The translations under genes and the position numbers were made by a program. From assembly GCA_049970895.1 (NCBI GenBank), contig JBMFMB010000001.1, positions 96,001 through 160,000 of the forward strand: a stretch of DNA of 64,000 bases, in the 5' to 3' direction. Position 1 is the stretch's first letter, and the number at the start of each line of letters is the position of its first letter. This document shows, one piece after another, positions 1-9,109 of this stretch. Under the pieces are notes generated by a model. It had not been told where the DNA came from. It saw only the letters and a list, made by a program, of their open reading frames with translations, and searched no databases. The DNA comes from Candidatus Bathyarchaeia archaeon (lineage in GTDB: Archaea; Thermoproteota; Bathyarchaeia; Bathyarchaeales; Bathycorpusculaceae).

Positions 1-567
1 CGTTGATAAGACAGCTACACGTGGAATCTTGTAAACCCTTACTTTTGAGATTCCAACAGCGGCTAGGGCGCCTATTTCTCGCGCGCCTAAAAGTTGCCCC
101 TGTTTGACAACTGTTTCGCCCCTTTTTATGTCTGCTCCGGCTTTCATGACATTTTCGTCCTCCGCCACTGCAGAGTAAACGTAAAGGTCGCTGTCTTTCC
201 GCTCGGTGTTTTCAGCCATTACAACGGCGTCGGCGCCTTCTGGAATTGGGGCGCCAGTCATTATTTCTGCGGCTGTTCCCTTTTCCACCTTAATTTTTGG
301 CATTTCCCCAACATTTACTGCTCCGCAAAGCCTCAACTTTACTGGTCTATTTTCATCCGCGCCAAAAGTGTCTTCTGCTTTTACGGCGTAGCCGTCCACT
401 GTGGCACGGTTGAAAGGTGGAATGTCCAATAGAGCGGTTACATCTTCTGCTAGGACGCGGTTACACGCCTCTAAAAGTCGAACTTCCTCTACGCCTAACG
501 GTTTGGCCTCAAAATTTCTTTGAATGGCTTGCTTTGCCTCTTCAAAAGTTAAAAGTTTCCTAAACAT
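1..567 (-). CDS. moeA: Molybdopterin molybdotransferase MoeA, second copy (5' part; runs off the window)
   Basis: Hand translation from ATG at 567: MFRKLLTFEEAK...RVLAEDV...DIPPFNRATVDGYAVKAEDTFGA. The start overlaps the stop of the upstream moeA. Confidence 0.9.
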   Translation of the reverse strand, partial: MFRKLLTFEEAKQAIQRNFEAKPLGVEEVRLLEACNRVLAEDVTALLDIPPFNRATVDGYAVKAEDTFGADENRPVKLRLCGAVNVGEMPKIKVEKGTAAEIMTGAPIPEGADAVVMAENTERKDSDLYVYSAVAEDENVMKAGADIKRGETVVKQGQLLGAREIGALAAVGISKVRVYKIPRVAVLST

Positions 568-1810
568 CCGCGCCGAAAGCCTCCAATGTGTCAAATAGGT
601 GAACTTGGACTGTTTCGCCTTCTTCTAGTCCTTCGCGGTTTTCTGGGACAATAACATATCCATTAGCCCTTGTCAATGTTGAAATTATGCTGGAGCCCCT
701 AGCGCTTATTGGTTCAGCGTAAAACTCCCCGTTCTGCTGGAAGACACGAACACGGACAAAGGTTTTTCTTCCAAGGGCTGTGGAAGTTCGCCTCGTAAGC
801 CTCGCCGTCACAACTGGTCTGGGCTCATTTTCAATGCCCTGCATTTTTAGGATTAATGGTCTTGCGAAAACCTCAAAGCCGAAGAAGGCTGCCACCGGAT
901 TGCCAGAAAGCACTACTATTGGCTTATCATTTACGATGGCTAGGGCTGTGGGCATTGCTGGGCGCATGGCAACCCCGTGAACGAGAACACCTGGCTCACC
1001 AAGCCTGTTTATGACTGTTGGAACCATGTCTGATGCCCCGACGCTCGTTCCGCCAGTTGTTATTACAGCGTCTGCCCCTTCCAGTCCATGCTTTAGCTTT
1101 TCTGAAATCTCGTGAACATCATCTTTGGCTATTCCGAGGTCTATGGGCTCTGCGCCAAGTTCACAGCATAAGGAAGCAAGCAAAACCCTATTCGTCTCGT
1201 AGATTTGGTCTTCCCGTGGCTTTCTTCCAGCTTCAACAAGCTCGTTTCCAGTGGCCAAAATCGCCACTTTAGGCTTTTCAAAAACTTTTACTTTGCTTCT
1301 GCCAAGTGCTGATATTAAGGCTAAATGGTGGGGTTTTAGGCGGGTTCCAGCCTTTAATGCGATTTCGCCTTTTGCTACGTCTTCTCCTCGTTTAGAAACA
1401 TTCTCGCCAGGTGTGACAGCAGTCCAAACCTCTATCTCGCTGTCGCCGACTGGCTTAACGTTTTCCAGCATTAAAACGGCGTCTGAACCTTTTGGTAGAG
1501 GGTTTCCAGTCCAAACTGGCTTGGCTTCGCCACTTTTCACCTCGCTTGCGTTTGTCAGTTTTAGGGTTTTAGGCTTAAACTGGGAGGCGCCAAAGGTGTC
1601 TTCGGCTTTCACGGCATAACCGTCGACCGCTGAGCGGTCAAACCTTGGCAAGTCTTCTTCTGCAATGAGGTCTTCTGCCAAAACACGGTTGAGCGCACTC
1701 CATAACAGGACCATTTCGGTTTTCCGCTGCCCAAATTTTAGGCTGTTGAAAAAGAGTTTTCTTGCTTCCTCAATTGTTGCGAGCTTTTGGAAGCCCCTTA
1801 GCCTAACCAA
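560..1810 (-). CDS. moeA: Molybdopterin molybdotransferase MoeA
   Basis: PRFDRSAVDGYAV, ATGNEL, TTGGTSVG, LSGNP motifs. Confidence 0.95.
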   Translation of the reverse strand: MVRLRGFQKLATIEEARKLFFNSLKFGQRKTEMVLLWSALNRVLAEDLIAEEDLPRFDRSAVDGYAVKAEDTFGASQFKPKTLKLTNASEVKSGEAKPVWTGNPLPKGSDAVLMLENVKPVGDSEIEVWTAVTPGENVSKRGEDVAKGEIALKAGTRLKPHHLALISALGRSKVKVFEKPKVAILATGNELVEAGRKPREDQIYETNRVLLASLCCELGAEPIDLGIAKDDVHEISEKLKHGLEGADAVITTGGTSVGASDMVPTVINRLGEPGVLVHGVAMRPAMPTALAIVNDKPIVVLSGNPVAAFFGFEVFARPLILKMQGIENEPRPVVTARLTRRTSTALGRKTFVRVRVFQQNGEFYAEPISARGSSIISTLTRANGYVIVPENREGLEEGETVQVHLFDTLEAFGADV

Positions 1811-1876
1811 AATTGGAAGTCACCCACAAACAGAACACAAACTTTATAGAAAAAGATATCGCAGAAGGCTGGGCTG

Positions 1877-2740
1877 TTAAGTCTTCATTACTTTCCTGAG
1901 GATGTCTCGCATTTTTATGGCGTCAACATCCAATATTGGGCTTTCGCTTATTATGACTGGGGTTAGTCTAAAATCGGCTATGACCTTTGCCAGCATCTCA
2001 AAATCTGGTCCATAACCAGCCTCATCCATTGTGTGGTGGCACTTCTCCCCCTTATCGGTGAACTCAACCTTTGTGAAGTGGCAATGCATGTTTTTTACGG
2101 CTTCCGTTCCCAAACGTTTCTCAACTTCCTCCACAACCACACGAAAGTCGTCAACAGTTTTGAAGCGCCCACGGTTCCTCGCGTGCAGGTGCGCCCAATC
2201 TATGACTGGTTGGGTTTGCTCAACATGTTCACATAAAGCCAAAACCTCTTCTAAACTGCCAAACTGAGTTGGCTTCCCCATGGTTTCCGGGCCAAGCTTA
2301 ACTTCGCTTATACCAAGAGTCCTAAGCCTTTCAACAACATCCTTCATGGCTTCGAGGCATTCCCAGAAAACCTCTTTTGGAGGTTTTCTGCCATAAAACC
2401 CTGGGTGAAAGACGACAATTTGGGAGCCCATCCACTGAGATGCAGTGGCACACGCGATTAGGCGGTCTTTGCTGGCTTCAACAGTTTCTTTCCCACCACA
2501 CAAGTTTATGAAGTAGGAGCCATGAAGGCTTAAAACGACATCGTTCTCCCTAGCCTTCAACCCCAATTTTTCGGCGTCTTCCCTTCTAATTTGGGGCTTT
2601 GCACCCCAACGCACAGCTTGATATTCAAAGGCGTCTAAACCCTCTTCCCGTAGCAGTCTCGGAACATCTGTTAGGGCGGCTTTCATAGCCTTAAAACTTG
2701 GGGGTACCCCTGCCGGACCAAACCTTGGACGGTCAGCCAT
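1877..2740 (-). CDS. nfo: Endonuclease IV-like TIM-barrel nuclease
   Basis: HGSYFINL, VFHPGFY, GPETMGK, IDWAH, HCHF, IISESP metal-binding motifs. Confidence 0.8.
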   Translation of the reverse strand: MADRPRFGPAGVPPSFKAMKAALTDVPRLLREEGLDAFEYQAVRWGAKPQIRREDAEKLGLKARENDVVLSLHGSYFINLCGGKETVEASKDRLIACATASQWMGSQIVVFHPGFYGRKPPKEVFWECLEAMKDVVERLRTLGISEVKLGPETMGKPTQFGSLEEVLALCEHVEQTQPVIDWAHLHARNRGRFKTVDDFRVVVEEVEKRLGTEAVKNMHCHFTKVEFTDKGEKCHHTMDEAGYGPDFEMLAKVIADFRLTPVIISESPILDVDAIKMRDILRKVMKT

Positions 2741-2751
2741 CCCCTAAGCCC

Positions 2752-3663
2752 CTATCTGCTCTTTACCCTTCTAGGGCGATAACTTTTTCGCGTCAAAAAC
2801 CCATAGGAGAATGCCGCCAAAGCCGAAAACCAAGCTGCAACATTTTGGAAAATAAGATACTTGCCAACTGGAGGCAAATCCACGAGGGGCTTAGTTAAGC
2901 CTCCTAAAGCCGAAAGGAAACCCCGCAAGGCTGGCGCTGCAGAAATTATGGCATTATTTATGGATGAGCAAAGCCACTCGATGGGACCTAAAGCTGAAAC
3001 AAAGCCCTTCAAAGAGTTGTTCACAGATCTTACAAATTGTAGAAGGGATGGGTTCCCCTGGTAAATGCTTGAAAAAGCCGTGTAAATTAGCCCAGGGTAG
3101 ACGATAGCCGAAACCAATAGGATGAGGGCTGAAAAAATGAGAATGGTTATCAAAGCGCTTTTTATTGTCGCCCTTGCAAAGATAACCTTTCTCCAGATAT
3201 AGGAGACCCCCTTAATCCGCAAAAGTCCAGACTTTATCCTACCAAAAATTTTCTTTATGGCGCCACCTATTCTGGACGTGAGTTTCTCAGTTTTCTGAGT
3301 TTGCCCCTTCTTTTGCTGTTTGGTTTTTGGCTTTCCTTCTAGTGGTTTTTGAGGCTGCATAGCCGCGTATTTTATCATGCAAATCCAACTGAAGACAAGA
3401 GCAACAATAACCGATAAGGGGACAAGATGGAAAAGTGGGCTTACGACAATTTTTATGGCCCAGTTTGTTCCTGGAAACTGAAAGCTTCCCTTCAACGGGT
3501 TTTCTTCCTTAACTCCAAGGGAAATGGCGTAGAGAACAACGGCGTACTCGATGAGAGCGGCTGTCATGAGGAACAGGATTATTGCCGTTAAACCCTTAAC
3601 GGTTGCCCATCGAAGTATTAAACGCCTAGACAATCGATCACCACTATGCCTAGCCTCTCGCAA
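2752..3663 (-). CDS. Hypothetical membrane protein
   Basis: 303-aa ORF with several hydrophobic segments and a Lys-rich loop; no recognised family. Confidence 0.6.
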   Translation of the reverse strand: MREARHSGDRLSRRLILRWATVKGLTAIILFLMTAALIEYAVVLYAISLGVKEENPLKGSFQFPGTNWAIKIVVSPLFHLVPLSVIVALVFSWICMIKYAAMQPQKPLEGKPKTKQQKKGQTQKTEKLTSRIGGAIKKIFGRIKSGLLRIKGVSYIWRKVIFARATIKSALITILIFSALILLVSAIVYPGLIYTAFSSIYQGNPSLLQFVRSVNNSLKGFVSALGPIEWLCSSINNAIISAAPALRGFLSALGGLTKPLVDLPPVGKYLIFQNVAAWFSALAAFSYGFLTRKSYRPRRVKSR

Positions 3664-3739
3664 ATTTTGCTCTAGGAATATGAGAAAATCAAGTTAAAAA
3701 ACATGACTGTTAAAACTTCGCTTCGCTACGAATTTCAGC

Positions 3740-3898
3740 TCATTGCAACGGAAATTCATATCCACATTTCGGGCACTTTGCATAGCCACAATGGACTGTT
3801 GAGGGACACCCTGAACATGCAAAGGCTCTACCATAGGATATGTCGAATGTGAAGCCACATTTTGGACAGCGCACAAGCCTTTTTGCTTGCGTCTTCAT
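3740..3898 (-). CDS. Small multi-CxxC zinc-ribbon protein (52 aa)
   Basis: MKTQAKRLVRCPKCG...CSGC...C...CPKCGYEF. Start trimmed to the ATG at 3898. Confidence 0.7.
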   Translation of the reverse strand: MKTQAKRLVRCPKCGFTFDISYGRAFACSGCPSTVHCGYAKCPKCGYEFPLQ

Positions 3899-4045
3899 TT
3901 TGGGGCACCTTTGAAAACGACAAGCACTGCAACCCTTTAAAACCTTTCGAAGAAAACGCGTCTCATGGAAAGTTTTAACAATAACAAATTTTATATAGTA
4001 AGGTTTGACCTTAGAGGCTAGTTTGATTGTTGCCAGCATGGGAAA

Positions 4046-5032
4046 TTGATGCTGCAAACGGGAAAAATTGAGAGGGTTAAGCTGTACAAGGACCCGAATG
4101 TTCAGCTTTTCCTAAGTAAATTTTTAAGCGGTGGAATGAGCGAGCTTAAACCAGTTTTTGACCCAAAGTTTGGCTATAGATATGCTGAAGTTGAGGCAAT
4201 TTTGGGGGACGCCTCAAAAGTTGAGGATTTCTTGAACAGGCTTTATGAAGCGAAGGTTATTGAAAGGAAACTTTACGACAAAATGTTATATTGCCCAAGT
4301 TGTGGCTCACAGAACATTTCAACCCATTATTGTTGCCCCTACTGTAAATCCTTCAACATAGAGAAAGGCTCACTAATTGAGCATGTCAAATGTGGCTACA
4401 TGGATGTTGAAGAAAACTTCAGAAAGGGCGGAAAACTCGTCTGCCCAAAATGCCACAAAGAGCTAAAAAAGCCCGAAGTTGACTATAGGAAGGCTGGAAT
4501 TTGGTGTACGTGCAAGGACTGCGGCAAAAGCTTTGACATACCCGTCACGAGACATTTCTGCCGCGAATGCCAAGCAGACTTTACTTTTGAGGAAGTTGAA
4601 ATTCGAGACGTTTACGCCTATACACTGAATGAAGAAGTGAAGGGCGAAATAACAGCCGGATGGATCTTCGTCACGCCGATAAAGGAGTTTCTTGTTGAAA
4701 GCGGGTTTGAGGTTGAGGCTCCAGCCTTTCTGAAGGGCAAGTCTGGCGCGAACCACATGTTTGACATAGCCGCCTACCGAAAGGAAATAACCAAAAAGGT
4801 GACGGTTATGGATGTGGCAACAGCAACAGAGGACATAGTTTCAGAACAGCCAGTAATAGCCCTCTTCGCAAAAATCTATGATGTAGTGCCGGACAGCGCC
4901 TTCCTCATAGCCATTCCAAAGCTGAGTGAAAACGCGAAAAAGATGGCTGAACTCTACAACATTAAGGTTATTGAGGCTAAGGATTCGAAAGAAGTTATGA
5001 AAGCTCTTAAGGATAAACTTGTCAGGAAATAG
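4046..5032 (+). CDS. TackOD1-like multi-zinc-ribbon protein with C-terminal PD-(D/E)xK-like domain
   Basis: CPSC, CPYC, HVKC, CPKC, CKDC, CREC array, then GKSGANHMFDI. Family assignment from memory. Confidence 0.65.
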   Translation: MMLQTGKIERVKLYKDPNVQLFLSKFLSGGMSELKPVFDPKFGYRYAEVEAILGDASKVEDFLNRLYEAKVIERKLYDKMLYCPSCGSQNISTHYCCPYCKSFNIEKGSLIEHVKCGYMDVEENFRKGGKLVCPKCHKELKKPEVDYRKAGIWCTCKDCGKSFDIPVTRHFCRECQADFTFEEVEIRDVYAYTLNEEVKGEITAGWIFVTPIKEFLVESGFEVEAPAFLKGKSGANHMFDIAAYRKEITKKVTVMDVATATEDIVSEQPVIALFAKIYDVVPDSAFLIAIPKLSENAKKMAELYNIKVIEAKDSKEVMKALKDKLVRK

Positions 5033-5033
5033 C

Positions 5034-6863
5034 CTAAAAAGTGTCTATATTACCCCTTTCCGTGACAATTTTAACCGTGAAGTTGCCGGCTGGCGAGTTT
5101 ATATTCACTCTTATGTAGGTTTCGCTTTCTCCAGAGTTTATGAAGAAGTCCACGTCATAATGCATGTGATGGGTTGCGTTAATAATCCATAGAGAGACTA
5201 TGTGGGCTGTTGCGGCTCCGCTGTTCTTTATGTCTAGGCGTATGCCATCAACGATAACGCGCACACCAATAAAGTCTAATTGCACAAGCGTTTGGTTTTC
5301 GCTTGTGCCTTTATCACAGAACATTATCTGGATGGCGCCGTCACCGCGTATGTATCGCGTCCAATTTTCGGTTATGCTTATGGCGTAATTATTCCATTCA
5401 TTAGGTACTGGCTGGTTCCCCACAGTGATGTTAAAGCCCACGTCGCTGAAACCCTCAGAAGCCCAATCATACGCCTTTATAAACCAGCGTTCAAATGCCT
5501 CTGAAACGTTGTATCTAACAAATATTTCGACGCCATACACGTAGTCCAGCGGATATTTTGACAGGTCTATTGCGAAAAAGTTGGATATTTCAAGCCTATA
5601 AATGTTTGATAAGGTTGCCTTGAGCTCTATCCAGTCAACTTTGAGGATGAATGGTGCTGCTGTTGCCTTTGTTCCAGTTATTTTCATCTTCCAATTGCCC
5701 TCTGCATTCTTGAAAGCCATAGGATTGGCGGATATTAATTGTGTTATGTTGGTTTCTTCTGTTCCAATTGTGCGGCTTTCGTATCCATCTCCGCTTATTG
5801 GATATCCGCCAGTTTGCCAATTATAAAGTTGGAAAGTCACCGTTACATTGTCTACATTACAACAAGTGTTAACAGTCCATGTTAGGTTCATCCAAATATA
5901 CGTGTCTGATACTCCTCCAAACTCGGCTTCAACGGTTTCTTCGGAGGCTGGTTTAAAGGTGCAGTAAATACAGTACGCCCTCGACTCATGAATGGGATTT
6001 GTTAACGTGTTTGGAAAGTTTCCCGAATATGGTTGACTTATGTAGTGCCCTTGATTCGGTTGTCCAGAAGTATAGCGCAAGTTCGCAAAGCCGCTGCCGG
6101 ATCGCGCCCAAGCAACAAGCAAGTATTCAGTGTTGGCTCTAAGCACTGGTTTTGGCGTATTAAAATTGAATGTCACCCAACCAGTGCTGACGGGGACTGT
6201 TATTTCTTCTGTTTGAGATATTAGGCTTAGATTGCTATGTAAGTAGATGGCGCATTTCATATTTTTGGAGCTAGAGGTTACGCTAACATATATTGTGATG
6301 CTTTGTGCTTCCCCATCTTTTGTTGGTGTGAAAACTGAACCAACAATAGTGTTTTCGGTGTTGCGATAAAGTGTTCCAGTGGCATTATTCCCAAAGATTT
6401 CAGTGGTGCTTGAAAATGCTGTTGGGTAGCTTTGGAACTGCATGTAAACACCGTCATCTGTTTTAAGGTCGGCTACTTCGCCAGAAACGAGCATTGTGGA
6501 ATCGCCTAAAGCATAGTTTGAAGGGTTATAATAGACTGATGGGAGTTCTTCCCTAAAAGTCTCGGGAAGGTCATCCGAGCTTCTTGTGTCCATATAGGAA
6601 CCGCTTATTCTTGTTCCTGTTGTTATTGTGAATTCTTTTTGGGCTGTAAACCATTGGGAGCGGGTTATGCGTTCAGCATTTTTTATGCTTATTGACTCGT
6701 GCATTCTTTCGATGTCTAGCTGGTTCATTTGGTAGCTCCATAGCACAACGTTGGCGACAATGACTGTTATTAGGATTAGGCTCAGCATCACGACTAGGAC
6801 GTTGCTTAAGCCCCGCTTGTTACTGCTTAGCCTTTTAAGGCGCCTTATAGTAGCCTCCAACAT
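5034..6863 (-). CDS. Large pilin/adhesin with class III signal peptide
   Basis: KRG|LSNVLVVMLSLILITVIV prepilin signal, Ser/Thr/Asn-rich beta-type body, pilin-like C-terminus (VKIVTERGN). Confidence 0.8.
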   Translation of the reverse strand: MLEATIRRLKRLSSNKRGLSNVLVVMLSLILITVIVANVVLWSYQMNQLDIERMHESISIKNAERITRSQWFTAQKEFTITTGTRISGSYMDTRSSDDLPETFREELPSVYYNPSNYALGDSTMLVSGEVADLKTDDGVYMQFQSYPTAFSSTTEIFGNNATGTLYRNTENTIVGSVFTPTKDGEAQSITIYVSVTSSSKNMKCAIYLHSNLSLISQTEEITVPVSTGWVTFNFNTPKPVLRANTEYLLVAWARSGSGFANLRYTSGQPNQGHYISQPYSGNFPNTLTNPIHESRAYCIYCTFKPASEETVEAEFGGVSDTYIWMNLTWTVNTCCNVDNVTVTFQLYNWQTGGYPISGDGYESRTIGTEETNITQLISANPMAFKNAEGNWKMKITGTKATAAPFILKVDWIELKATLSNIYRLEISNFFAIDLSKYPLDYVYGVEIFVRYNVSEAFERWFIKAYDWASEGFSDVGFNITVGNQPVPNEWNNYAISITENWTRYIRGDGAIQIMFCDKGTSENQTLVQLDFIGVRVIVDGIRLDIKNSGAATAHIVSLWIINATHHMHYDVDFFINSGESETYIRVNINSPAGNFTVKIVTERGNIDTF

Positions 6864-7266
6864 GGTTCCCCCTCGCTGTCACAACATCTAGATAGTATAG
6901 GCTGTTTGAAGCCCAACTGTAGGTTATGTTAAGCCAGCCGTGTTCGCCCAAATCCAACTCTATGGTCGGTGATGGATAGCGGGTACGGTTTATGTAAACA
7001 GCTGATATGCGTATTGGCACTTTTCCAACGTTGCGCATGTAGATGCTTATTTGGTGTGCCCCAGATGCAGTTGCATTGTTGAACCAGACGTCTTCTATGA
7101 TTAGGCGTTCCCCCATGGTTTCACGAAGGTTCGTTGTTATGACATATGTGGTGGCGGCGGCTATTGACATGGCGGCAACAGCGACAGCCATAAGAAGCAA
7201 GTTGCTCAGCACTGGGGTTATAGCCCGCTTGTCCACGAAAAATCTCAAAAGCCGCCGCTTGTTCAA
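6835..7266 (-). CDS. Archaeal type IV pilin
   Basis: KRA|ITPVLSNLLLMAVAVA class III signal; ISIYMRNVG...VVTARGN. Confidence 0.85.
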   Translation of the reverse strand: MNKRRLLRFFVDKRAITPVLSNLLLMAVAVAAMSIAAATTYVITTNLRETMGERLIIEDVWFNNATASGAHQISIYMRNVGKVPIRISAVYINRTRYPSPTIELDLGEHGWLNITYSWASNSLYYLDVVTARGNHVGGYYKAP

Positions 7267-7278
7267 CGCCCAATCACC

Positions 7279-8124
7279 TCATAGAAAGAGTTTTAGGGCT
7301 ATGTAGCCGCAAACCATCATCACTAGGCTATGCTTTAATCCAGCGCTTACTGTGCCTTCGCCCATCTTTCCAGCCACCAAACCGCCGAAAAATCCTTGAA
7401 TAGCCGTCATGTGCGAGAATAGGCGTTTTATCTCTGCTGGCGCCATAACGGCTGTTCCAAGCATAGGCAAGCCCTGTATTTCCACAAAGAAGGACTTGAA
7501 AAGCAGCACTATTGTGAATAGGAAAACGAAGAAAGCCACATAAATTATGGCAATATACGGCCTTGTTCTATTTTGGCGCTCCTTTCGAAGTATCAGCGTG
7601 GACTGCACAAACTTACCCATAGGGTCAAAGACCTTCTCCACATGCCCGCCTGAACGATTAGCCTCAATAATAAGCAGTATGGTTCTCTGAACAAGAACGG
7701 TGTTAACACGCTTGGCGAAGGCGATTAAAGCCTCTTCTAAGGTCATGCCCCAAGAGATTTGGGCGTTCATCCTCCGCAGCTCCGCCGTTAACGGTCCGAA
7801 ATCCCTTTTCGCCGCCTCCTCCAAGGCTCTTGGCAACGTCATACCAGTTTCTTGCGCCTGCACAATGCTTCTGAAGAGGTCTGGCAGATGCTCATCTATG
7901 GCTCTCTTCCACCTATAATCAATGTAGTTTATGATTGTGGGCGGAGTGAAAGCAGCAATAACAGCGAAAAACACAAACTCGTCGAATACTGCGGTGCCCC
8001 AAGCGACGAGAAAACCGAAAACCGTTATGGATATGGCTAGAATAGCCGAAGACACCCAAACGATTTGCTTAACTGATTTTCCCACTTTAGGCATATGCAT
8101 TCTACCATTTTGGCGAAACAGCAT
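7279..8124 (-). CDS. Type II/IV secretion F-family (TadC/ArlJ-like) membrane platform protein
   Basis: LPDLFRSIVQAQETGMTL..AL, SGG, GLVAGKMGEG. Confidence 0.9.
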   Translation of the reverse strand: MLFRQNGRMHMPKVGKSVKQIVWVSSAILAISITVFGFLVAWGTAVFDEFVFFAVIAAFTPPTIINYIDYRWKRAIDEHLPDLFRSIVQAQETGMTLPRALEEAAKRDFGPLTAELRRMNAQISWGMTLEEALIAFAKRVNTVLVQRTILLIIEANRSGGHVEKVFDPMGKFVQSTLILRKERQNRTRPYIAIIYVAFFVFLFTIVLLFKSFFVEIQGLPMLGTAVMAPAEIKRLFSHMTAIQGFFGGLVAGKMGEGTVSAGLKHSLVMMVCGYIALKLFL

Positions 8125-9109
8125 CCAATATTAGTAGGAACATTATTGAGCCCACAGGAATCCCGATGTAGGTTAAAATATTGAGTAAAAGGTCTGGACT
8201 CAAAAGTCCGAGACCGCCACCACCCAGCATAGCCATAACAGCAAGCATGATTATGAGAAGCAAAGGTCCAGTGACAAGTATTGCTACATAAAATTCTGAA
8301 AGCATGGATAATGTGTCTGAAAATTTGCGGAGGCTTATACGCTTCAATTTCATGTGCTGTTTTGACTTCTCTCTCAAATAGGCGGCGAGGTTGCTTCCAG
8401 AATGAATTGTTGAAATGAAGCCTTCAATTATCTCCCGAAACCTTTCAGAGGGCGTCCGCTTGGAGGCTTGTTCCAAAGCTGAAATTATGTCCAAACCGAA
8501 GAGGTTCACATCCCTAATAACGTTCTTCGCCTCCGCAGAAACCGCTAACGAAACTGGAAGATTTGAAAGCGAATAGAAAATCTTCTCTGGTGGGACACCA
8601 GCACTAGCTAAAATTGACATGTAACCAGTTGCGAAAGCCAACTCGTCTTCAAGTTCCCTCCGAAACTTGTCAGCCCGATAAACCGGGTAAATGTAAAATC
8701 CGATAATTGAAAAAGCGACAGCGAAAAGGCTTCCACCCAAACCGAAAAGAAGGGCTGGAAAAATGGACACGCCAAAAAGGAAGACTAGCAAGCATGGAAC
8801 TGCAATGAAAGTGGCAAGTGCAATTAGCATGGTTGAGAAGACTGTTAGGCTTATGTAAACCCTAAAACCAGTCTTAAGACTAGCCTTCTGCAAATGTAGG
8901 CTCAAATCTTCAAAAAGGGGCAAAACACGACCGATTTTTCTGCCAACCATCCTATAAGCAAACGATTGAAGTCTTCCAACCTTAAATTTCTCGCCTTCAC
9001 ATTCACTTGCGACTTTTTTGGAGTGAACTTTTGGACTAAGCCGATTTAGCTTTAAGAGAAAACCTTCATAAGCTCTTTTGAGGGCTTTAGTAATTTTTTG
9101 GCTTTTCAT
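8102..9109 (-). CDS. Type II/IV secretion F-family (TadB/C-like) membrane protein
   Basis: YMSILASAGV, GLDIISALE...RTPS, SGSNL; multiple TM segments. Confidence 0.9.
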   Translation of the reverse strand: MKSQKITKALKRAYEGFLLKLNRLSPKVHSKKVASECEGEKFKVGRLQSFAYRMVGRKIGRVLPLFEDLSLHLQKASLKTGFRVYISLTVFSTMLIALATFIAVPCLLVFLFGVSIFPALLFGLGGSLFAVAFSIIGFYIYPVYRADKFRRELEDELAFATGYMSILASAGVPPEKIFYSLSNLPVSLAVSAEAKNVIRDVNLFGLDIISALEQASKRTPSERFREIIEGFISTIHSGSNLAAYLREKSKQHMKLKRISLRKFSDTLSMLSEFYVAILVTGPLLLIIMLAVMAMLGGGGLGLLSPDLLLNILTYIGIPVGSIMFLLILDAVSPKW

